NCBI GenBank assembly: GCA_021498095.1
Contig: JAIZWK010000001.1
Span: 1,380,001-1,412,000, forward strand
Direction of reading: 5' to 3'
Length of the DNA stretch: 32,000 nt
Source: Candidatus Harpocratesius repetitus
GTDB lineage: Archaea > Asgardarchaeota > Lokiarchaeia > Sigyniarchaeales > Promethearchaeaceae
The notes under the pieces were generated by a model. That model searched no databases, was not told where the DNA came from, and saw nothing but the letters and a program-made list of their open reading frames with translations. Positions 1 to 7,522 of this stretch are shown piece after piece. Every line of letters starts with the position of its first letter. Position 1 is the stretch's first letter. The position numbers were made by a program, and so were the translations under genes.

Positions 1-2
1 AT

Positions 3-353
3 GAATTAATATTTGGAGTAAATCGCGATCCTCAATGGGGTCCAATGATAATGGTTGGTAGTGGAGGCATCTACGCAAATTATGTCAAAGATGTTCAATT
101 TGAGTTAACTTATCAATACGATCGCACAGATGCCTTAAATCAGTTGCAACAAACCAAGATATCGAAGATTCTTGAAGGAGTTAGGGGTGAACCCCGAAGT
201 GATATCGATGGTGTTTTGGATATTTTAGTACGTCTATCGCAACTTGTTAATGATTTTACAGAAATTATTGAATTGGATATCAACCCTTGTTTGGTTTTTG
301 AAGCTGAATCAGGTTACAGTGCTGTTGATATCAAAATAACAATAAAACATTAA
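3..353 (+). CDS. ADP-forming acetate/acyl-CoA synthetase, C-terminal ATP-grasp (beta-type) domain; 5'-partial
   Basis: Frame is open from position 3 and reads ELIFGVNRDPQWGPMIMVGSGGIY...ELDINPCLV...SAVDIKI, the typical ACD ATP-grasp C-terminus. The gene starts before the window. Confidence 0.88.
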   Translation, partial: ELIFGVNRDPQWGPMIMVGSGGIYANYVKDVQFELTYQYDRTDALNQLQQTKISKILEGVRGEPRSDIDGVLDILVRLSQLVNDFTEIIELDINPCLVFEAESGYSAVDIKITIKH

Positions 354-406
354 AAATAAAGTAATGATAAAATTTCTTTCTATTTTTTTTCACGGGTGAT
401 TCGATA

Positions 407-1480
407 ATGGGAAAAAACATCATGTTAACTTCCACCAAATCTGGTGCAGGAAAAAGCGTTGTGGCTATAGGCTTATTTCTTAAAATGAAAGAAATGGGCA
501 AAAGGATGGGTTATTTCAAACCAATAGGGGATGCAATGACACGACAAGAGAAAAGCAGGACAGATAAGGATGTATCTGTTATCTCTTCTGTTGTGGCGAG
601 AAAATTCTCTAAAGAAGAAATTTGTCCTTATTTCTTAAATCCTGAGTCATATTTAGATGAAATTTTGCCTGAAGATTCAATAGAAATTCAACAGAAAATT
701 AAAGACAGATTTTCCAGTATGGAGGCAAAATCAGATTATATTATCATAGAAGGTAATCATTCTTATAATCAATATTCTCCAGTTAATTTAGATGATCTCT
801 ATTTTGCAAAAGCCTTTAATGCTGATATGGTAATATGTGCTCCAATCAGTGATGATAATGACTTGAATTCGGTTATTTTCTGTTACAAATATATTACATC
901 ACGAAATTTGAATGTTTTAGGTGTTATTCTAAATGCTAGAACAAAGACAGCAGAAGTAAGAATTCAAAAATATCACAAAAAAATCTTAGCGGAACAAGGT
1001 ATTCGAGTAATTGGTTCTCTTCAAAATGTGAAAGATTTAGAGAAACCGACAATTGCTGAAATAATGGATGCTACGGGAGCAAAATTATATTCAGGTGATT
1101 TTTTAAAGGTTAAAAATCATTTAGTAGGATCATTTATTATAGGGGCAATGGGTGCTGATGCTGCTCTAAAAATATTACGAGCAAATATAGATAAATGTGT
1201 TATTACAGGTGGAGATCGGACTGATATTGCATTAGCTGCTTTAGATACAAGTACTAAAGTTATTATTTTTACTGGAAATATGGATCCTGTTCCTCGAGTT
1301 GTAAGTGTTGCACAAGAAAAGGAAGTGCCTTTATTAACAACAAATACAGATACATTTACTGTTGCAGAGCAAATTCGACGAATTAAGACCCATATTCAAC
1401 CAAATGAAATTCAAATATGTCGTGATCAAGTCGAAAATTTGAATATAGATGTTATTTTCTCAGAGAACAATAATAATTAA
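407..1480 (+). CDS. Phosphotransacetylase N-terminal-like protein (BioD-like P-loop + DRTGG domain), paralog 1
   Basis: P-loop TSTKSGAGKS, GYFKPIG, IIIEG, DRTGG motif VITGGDRTDI; no Pta catalytic C-terminal domain. Confidence 0.88.
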   Translation: MGKNIMLTSTKSGAGKSVVAIGLFLKMKEMGKRMGYFKPIGDAMTRQEKSRTDKDVSVISSVVARKFSKEEICPYFLNPESYLDEILPEDSIEIQQKIKDRFSSMEAKSDYIIIEGNHSYNQYSPVNLDDLYFAKAFNADMVICAPISDDNDLNSVIFCYKYITSRNLNVLGVILNARTKTAEVRIQKYHKKILAEQGIRVIGSLQNVKDLEKPTIAEIMDATGAKLYSGDFLKVKNHLVGSFIIGAMGADAALKILRANIDKCVITGGDRTDIALAALDTSTKVIIFTGNMDPVPRVVSVAQEKEVPLLTTNTDTFTVAEQIRRIKTHIQPNEIQICRDQVENLNIDVIFSENNNN

Positions 1481-1496
1481 GGGAGTAAAGGAAAAA

Positions 1497-2561
1497 ATGG
1501 AATCGAAAACAATATTATTATCTTCTACTAAAAGAGGTTCAGGAAAATCTGTTGTTGCCATTGGTGCTTTTTTAAAATATAAAGAAAATGGCTTAAATCC
1601 TGGATATTTTAAACCAATTGGAGATTCATCAACAATTAAGCCTAAAAACTTAACAGATAAAGATGCATCAATTATTATTAGTATTCTTGCCCGAAAATTC
1701 AGCCAAGAACAGATATGTCCACAGTTATTAAATCCTCATTACTTTTTAGATGAAATTCTTCCTGATGAAACGCTTGAAATATTCGAAAAAATCACAGATG
1801 CATTTGAAAATATTGCATCAAAAACAGATGTGATAATCATTGAAGGAAATCATGATTATATGCAGTATTCAGCAATACAATTAGATGATGTTCATATTGC
1901 AAAAAAATTTAATGCTAAAGTTATTATCTGTGCACCTATAGCAAATGATAATGATATTGATGATCTTCTTTCTGCAATAGATTCATTTAAGCAATTTGAT
2001 TGTCAAGTGGGAGGCGTTATACTTAGCCCTTTAAATCCAACAGCTGAACAAAGAATTCGAAATTTGTATATTCCTCTACTTAATAATAGAGATATTTCAG
2101 TAATTGGAGGATTAAAAAACGCAAAAACCTTGGAAAAACCAACAATTGCTGAGATTCTAGATGCTATTGATGGAAAACTTTTAACAGGAGATTTTATTCG
2201 AATTAAGAATAATAAAGTAGATGGTTTTGTAATAGGTGCAATGCATAGTAGTAAAGCTTTAGATTATATTAAACGCGCGCCAAATGTGTGTGTTATTACT
2301 GGGGGAGATAGAACAGATATTGCTCTTAATGCCTTAGAAACACAAATTTCTTTGTTAATCTTTACTGGAAATATCCGACCCGATTCATCAGTTATGTCTA
2401 AAGCTAAAGAAAAACATATTCCCACAATTATCGCTGCTGGAGATACTTTTTCCATAACAGAAAAATTACAGAATATTCATTCTGAAATTCAACCTGATGA
2501 AATTGAAATTTGTTTTGAACAAGTTGATCAAAATATCGATTGGAATGAATTCATCAAGTAA
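1497..2561 (+). CDS. Phosphotransacetylase N-terminal-like protein (BioD-like P-loop + DRTGG domain), paralog 2
   Basis: SSTKRGSGKS, GYFKPIG, VITGGDRTDI; colinear with paralog 1. Start moved to ATG 1497 (GGGAG at 1481-1485; matches the paralog 1 N-terminus). Confidence 0.88.
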   Translation: MESKTILLSSTKRGSGKSVVAIGAFLKYKENGLNPGYFKPIGDSSTIKPKNLTDKDASIIISILARKFSQEQICPQLLNPHYFLDEILPDETLEIFEKITDAFENIASKTDVIIIEGNHDYMQYSAIQLDDVHIAKKFNAKVIICAPIANDNDIDDLLSAIDSFKQFDCQVGGVILSPLNPTAEQRIRNLYIPLLNNRDISVIGGLKNAKTLEKPTIAEILDAIDGKLLTGDFIRIKNNKVDGFVIGAMHSSKALDYIKRAPNVCVITGGDRTDIALNALETQISLLIFTGNIRPDSSVMSKAKEKHIPTIIAAGDTFSITEKLQNIHSEIQPDEIEICFEQVDQNIDWNEFIK

Positions 2562-2573
2562 TTTCTTTTTTTT
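2562..2573 (+). terminator. Oligo-T archaeal terminator-like tract
   Basis: TTTCTTTTTTTT directly after the stop codon. Confidence 0.45.
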
Positions 2574-2619
2574 AGATTAATTAAATTTTTAGCACTAAGC
2601 TAATTCTTATTTAATAGCG

Positions 2620-4833
2620 ATGACTGAAGAAAATACTTCATCAATTTATGAATCTATCATGCAACTATTTCAAGAATTACATTTCCCATTATCAATGGAA
2701 ATAAAAGAGGAATTACGTAATCTTGATTTAAAAACACTCCTCCGGGTAAAAACTTTATTTATTGGTGTAAAATCACTCTTAGAAATTCATGAGAAATTGC
2801 AATTAGAGATAGAAAAATTAAGAAAAGAGAATGATAACACTACTGAAATATCAAATATGATGGATCAACTTGCTGAAAACTTGCGAAAACTCGAAGAAAC
2901 TCGAATGAAGGAATTGATGGGGGATTTGATTACAAGATTCTTAAATTCAAACGTTCCTCCCCCTCGAGATATCGCTCTTGATGAAGTATCTTTTACAAAT
3001 ATTTCCAATTTATTGGAATTTCTTACTCCATCAGTATCATCAGATATTGATCAATCAAAATTATATCAAGATTCTCAAATTTCTACAATAGTACCAAACG
3101 ATGAAGAACTTGCGAGATTTCAAATAATATTATCAGAAAAGGATGAACATATTACAAAATTAGAATCAGAAATTCAAGCTAAAATTCGAGAATTAGAAGC
3201 ACTTAAGAGTGATTTGAATAGATTTCAAGAATTAGATGAAGAAGTTCATACTTTGAGAGCACGTAATGCAGAATTAGAGAAAGAATTCGAAGCGCAAAAG
3301 ACTGAAAATTCTATTTTAATAAATGAAAATAAATTGTTTCAGACTAGATTTCAAGAAATCTCTGAAGAATTAGATAAGAAAAACAACCAATTAGCTGAAA
3401 TAGAGCATGGCATCCCTGAACGAGAAGATCTTCAATTAAAAATAACTCAATTAGAACAAGAAAACTCCCAAATCAAAGAAGAAAAAGACTCTCTTCATTC
3501 AATATTAGATGATTTTCAATCTAAAAATGAACAGCTCTCACATGAATTAGATGAAATTCATATCGAATTTAAAAATTTACAGCACAAATATGATGAATTA
3601 CAAAGAACAACAGAAATAAAAGAAAACAGAATTCAAGAATTGCAAAAAGATCTTCAAGACAAACAACAAGAGTGCTCTCACCTACGAGAATCTTTAGAGC
3701 ACGCAAAAGTAAATCAGTCTGGTGACGAAACAGATTTCAGATCCCAATTAGAAGAAAAAGAGATAATAATTAACGATTTAAAGCAAGAATTACATGAATT
3801 AAATGAAAAAATTCAAAAAATGATCTATCGTGATGAATTTGAAGATTTATCCCGTAAATTTCAAGAAATAGAAAATCAAATGGCACAAAAGGATCAATAT
3901 TTGCGAGATAAAACGGAAGAAATTCGGCAAATACAACACAATCATCAAATTGAAAAGGAAAACTTAATCGAAAAAATTGAAGAACTACAACAAAAAATTG
4001 CAGAACATAAAAATCTTGAAGAGCAAATTAGAGAAAAAGATTCTATTATTGAAGATTTGCAAAAACAAGAAGAAGAATTTCATGATGCTTTGCTTGAAAA
4101 TGTGAAAATTACTGCAGAAAAAGAAGAATTAAATGAAAAAATTGCTGAATTGATTTCTCAAAAAGAAGTTCTTTTTGATCGTATCTCTGAATTAAAGCGA
4201 GAAAATAGTGGAAATCTAGCAATTATTCAGAGATTGAAGAAACAAGTTGACTCATTAGAAGAAAAATATCAAAAAGCTCAAGAACCAACACCAGAAATGA
4301 TTAAGGATAATATTGAAAAAGAATATTTACAAAAACAAGTTGATTCTCTTAATGTTGAATTAAGAGAGCAAATTGCTCTTGCTTCAGAATCAAGCGGAAA
4401 ATATCAAGTTATGAAAGACCAATATGATTTATTGAAAAAAGAATTAAAAGATTTACAAGATCAATTTGACAATATTCGTCAGGAAAATCTAAATTTACAA
4501 AGAAGAATCCAAGAGCAAAAAGTAGATTATTCTGAGAAAATTAGCGACCTTGAGCAAAAATTAAGAATTTCAGAACGAAAAGTAGGTGAATTAGAAACTC
4601 AGTTACTCAAAGCTCAAAGTGGTTTGGAATATCAAGAAGAAATCGAAAAATTACGTAAAAACCTTGATAATAAAAATCAAGAAAACCAAGATCTTGAAGA
4701 AGAAATTTCAAAGATACAAGCTGAACTTGCCTTAGGTAAGAAAGAGATTGCCCGATTGAATGAAGAAATTGTGAATTATCGCCGAAGAATTAAAGTACTA
4801 AGGCGAGATCTCTCTTCAAGTTCATCTGAGTAA
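2620..4833 (+). CDS. Long soluble coiled-coil protein (737 aa), function unknown
   Basis: E/K/Q/L-rich heptad-like sequence from about residue 160 to the C-terminus; no Walker A/B motif, no transmembrane segment. Confidence 0.8.
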   Translation: MTEENTSSIYESIMQLFQELHFPLSMEIKEELRNLDLKTLLRVKTLFIGVKSLLEIHEKLQLEIEKLRKENDNTTEISNMMDQLAENLRKLEETRMKELMGDLITRFLNSNVPPPRDIALDEVSFTNISNLLEFLTPSVSSDIDQSKLYQDSQISTIVPNDEELARFQIILSEKDEHITKLESEIQAKIRELEALKSDLNRFQELDEEVHTLRARNAELEKEFEAQKTENSILINENKLFQTRFQEISEELDKKNNQLAEIEHGIPEREDLQLKITQLEQENSQIKEEKDSLHSILDDFQSKNEQLSHELDEIHIEFKNLQHKYDELQRTTEIKENRIQELQKDLQDKQQECSHLRESLEHAKVNQSGDETDFRSQLEEKEIIINDLKQELHELNEKIQKMIYRDEFEDLSRKFQEIENQMAQKDQYLRDKTEEIRQIQHNHQIEKENLIEKIEELQQKIAEHKNLEEQIREKDSIIEDLQKQEEEFHDALLENVKITAEKEELNEKIAELISQKEVLFDRISELKRENSGNLAIIQRLKKQVDSLEEKYQKAQEPTPEMIKDNIEKEYLQKQVDSLNVELREQIALASESSGKYQVMKDQYDLLKKELKDLQDQFDNIRQENLNLQRRIQEQKVDYSEKISDLEQKLRISERKVGELETQLLKAQSGLEYQEEIEKLRKNLDNKNQENQDLEEEISKIQAELALGKKEIARLNEEIVNYRRRIKVLRRDLSSSSSE

Positions 4834-4870
4834 CAATATATTATTTTAATCAAAGTATATTAAGATTTTT

Positions 4871-6211
4871 TTATTTCAATTGATAAGTTGGCTTTTTCTT
4901 GTACTTATTTTGATGTTTTTTAGCTTGATAGGTTTCATCTGTGAATTTATAGATGGAATCTTGCCAATCAACATTTATTGGATTATCAAATTTAGTAGTT
5001 ATTTCTATCGGTGAATGAGATGTTGCAGAATTGGTTTTATTGATATCTTTTCCATCTACCCTAATATCATGAATTTTTTGTTTAAAATACGTTTCTCCTC
5101 CAGTTTTTGCGCTCATGACAATAATTTCATCTCCAATTTTTAAACTTCCATTGATTAAACGAATTCTAACGGCATTTGTTGGATATTGATGAATTATTTC
5201 ACCCATCTTAATATATCTATAATGAGAAATATTAGCAGGACTGTTAAGTTGTGAATCCTTTTCTGAAGCTCTACCAAAATAAAATCCGGTTGTAAATCCT
5301 CGATTGTAAACTTTCTTTAATTGGGTTATCCAATGCTTCTTTTTTCGTTGTTCTTGGAAATCACCTGTAAAATAGGCATCTATGGCTTCTCTGTATATTC
5401 TAGACACTGTTTCAACATAATGAGGATGGCGCATTCGCCCTTCAATCTTAAAACTTTCAATTCCTGCTTCAATTAACTGTGGAATATAATTAATCATGCA
5501 TAAATCCCGCGAGTTTAGAATACGTTTTCCATCATAAAGGAATTCATGACCTGTTTCAGAAATCAATTTCCATTTTCCGCGGCATGGTTGAGTACAAACA
5601 CCACGATTAGCTGATTTATCTGCAGAACAAGCAATTGTCTGAGAAAGATAACAACGTCCTGAAATAGAGCTGCACATAGCTCCATGTATAAATGCTTCAA
5701 TTTTTGCTGTTGTCATTTTTGGTGTGATCTGGGAAATTTGCTTTAATGAACATTCTCTGGCTAAAATTATCCGTTCTGCGCCTAATGATTCGTAAAATTT
5801 TGCACTTTCGGAATTTGAGACGTTACACTGCGTGGAGATATGAAAAGGGATTCCAATTTCTTTTGCGAATCTAAGTGTAGCAATATCATGAACTATTACT
5901 GCATCAATTCCAGCCTCTTTTGCAGCAATTAAGATTTGGCGTAATTCATCAAGTTCATTTTCATATATTACAATATTTAATGTAAGAAATGCTTTTCTAT
6001 ACCTAAATAGGGGGTTTTTTGGAGAGTGACACATTTGAACGATTCGTGGTAGATCAGAAAGAGAGAAATTATCTGCTTTAATCCGCATGTTAAATTTCTC
6101 TACTCCAAAATAAACAGCATCTGCATAAGGTCCTGAAGCCTTTAAAGCCATAAAATTTTTTGCTGGAGCTAATAACTCTACTGAATTCGATTTTTTCTCT
6201 TGTAAATTCAT
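4871..6211 (-). CDS. U32 'peptidase' family protein (TrhP/RlhA/UbiU-like Fe-S hydroxylase)
   Basis: ELLAPA N-terminus, ADAVYFG, RIILARE, HGAMCSSISGRCYLS, RGVCTQPCR, SFKIEGR. Likely start is ATG 6211 (the ORF track starts at TTG 6235). Confidence 0.9.
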   Translation of the reverse strand: MNLQEKKSNSVELLAPAKNFMALKASGPYADAVYFGVEKFNMRIKADNFSLSDLPRIVQMCHSPKNPLFRYRKAFLTLNIVIYENELDELRQILIAAKEAGIDAVIVHDIATLRFAKEIGIPFHISTQCNVSNSESAKFYESLGAERIILARECSLKQISQITPKMTTAKIEAFIHGAMCSSISGRCYLSQTIACSADKSANRGVCTQPCRGKWKLISETGHEFLYDGKRILNSRDLCMINYIPQLIEAGIESFKIEGRMRHPHYVETVSRIYREAIDAYFTGDFQEQRKKKHWITQLKKVYNRGFTTGFYFGRASEKDSQLNSPANISHYRYIKMGEIIHQYPTNAVRIRLINGSLKIGDEIIVMSAKTGGETYFKQKIHDIRVDGKDINKTNSATSHSPIEITTKFDNPINVDWQDSIYKFTDETYQAKKHQNKYKKKPTYQLK

Positions 6212-6429
6212 TTTATTTGATTTCAACTCTCCCAATTCATGATATATTCATATAATTAAAGGTATTGAACTTCAAAAATGTTGATTTTTTAATGCATAAC
6301 CTAAAAATTGCTCGAATTTCCTTCCAATTTAAAAAAACAATGTAAAGTTGAAAATTTTTATGGTTGAAAATGAAAACTTACTTATTGAAAAATTTTTTCT
6401 TATCATATGAAATGTGGTTGGGATAATTA

Positions 6430-7461
6430 ATGACTTTGGATTGGACATTTTCTTTTGTTTCAAGTAAGCAAATTGATAATCCTAAAATTGAGCATATTTG
6501 CTCATTTCGGGATGGTAAAATCCAATTTATTGCAGATCCAAAGAAAAATCCGGAAATTATTTCTCAATTAGAACCTGTTATTCTTTTAATCAATTATATT
6601 GCATACTTCCCTAATAAAGATTTTACAAAAATTAAACTCAAGACTTCAGGAAGTCAATTTGCAATTCACTTCTTAGATAAAAGGTTTTTGGAGCACAATT
6701 TTTTGGGGATTTTATCTGTGAGCGAATTTGATGAAATTCAGCCCTTTGAATCTTGGGGTGTTGAAGAACTTATGGCTGAATTTGTGTTTGATAATTTTTT
6801 AGAAATGAAACAAGAAAGTACTGACAAAGGATTCGATATTTTAAAATTTGAAGAATGGCTTAAACCTGAAATCTTTAATTTTTATCAAGATTGGGTAGAA
6901 GCGAAACATGATGAAATATTAACTAAAAAAGAAACACGAACATTTCGTGAATCAAAAATTCATTCTTTAAATTATAAAAAATATGAACAATGGTGGGATT
7001 TGCAGATTATCAACGAATTTGGGAACCCAATCACTGATTTGATTTCTTTCATTGATGATCAAGCCTTTATGATTAATTCAAACGTTGAAAAAATAGAACA
7101 GAACTTAGAAGGAATGTCTCTGTCTGCACTTAAAATTTTGATTGATACACAAGGTGCTTGGGATATTTTGTATTTAAAAAACAGATTAAAGAATGAAATG
7201 GGTTATCAGTACGTCTTTTTTGAACATTTTATTGTATCTCATATTAAATACTTGATCATCTTGAATACTGCATTATATGATGTTGCTAATGAGAAATGTA
7301 TTCAAGCTTTTCGGGGATTTGAATTTGACATGTTAAAAGGTCTCGCTGAAAAATTGGTTCAACATCCTGATTTTTTTAACCCTCAAGGGCAAATTCGACC
7401 AGAAAATATTGGATTGACTCATAGAATTATTATAACTTCAATTCAACAATATCTTGGATGA
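6430..7461 (+). CDS. Hypothetical protein, possible tandem longin-like domains
   Basis: 343 aa soluble ORF. The second half starts LQIINEFGNPI, followed by a helix (GMSLSALKIL), predicted strands and C-terminal helices, a longin-like pattern judged by eye. Confidence 0.45.
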   Translation: MTLDWTFSFVSSKQIDNPKIEHICSFRDGKIQFIADPKKNPEIISQLEPVILLINYIAYFPNKDFTKIKLKTSGSQFAIHFLDKRFLEHNFLGILSVSEFDEIQPFESWGVEELMAEFVFDNFLEMKQESTDKGFDILKFEEWLKPEIFNFYQDWVEAKHDEILTKKETRTFRESKIHSLNYKKYEQWWDLQIINEFGNPITDLISFIDDQAFMINSNVEKIEQNLEGMSLSALKILIDTQGAWDILYLKNRLKNEMGYQYVFFEHFIVSHIKYLIILNTALYDVANEKCIQAFRGFEFDMLKGLAEKLVQHPDFFNPQGQIRPENIGLTHRIIITSIQQYLG

Positions 7462-7522
7462 TACAAGAAAAAAAGTGGATAAAATTTGATCTCTATAAAT
7501 AACTGATGCATAAGAGCGAATT

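Noticed and set aside
1449-1496. ORF-track N-terminal extensions (also 14843-14944, 18435-18503, 6212-6235, 22418-22429)
   Set aside because: They overlap upstream genes or use weak starts; downstream ATGs fit family N-termini and spacing better.
2264-2455. Short antisense ORFs (also 8197-8583, 10060-10242, 12034-12252, 17012-17236, 27705-28034, 29346-29618, 30294-30530)
   Set aside because: Lie on the opposite strand of well-supported genes and show no independent motifs.
2620-4833. SMC/Rad50 call for the coiled-coil protein
   Set aside because: No Walker A, signature, Walker B, hinge or zinc-hook motif.
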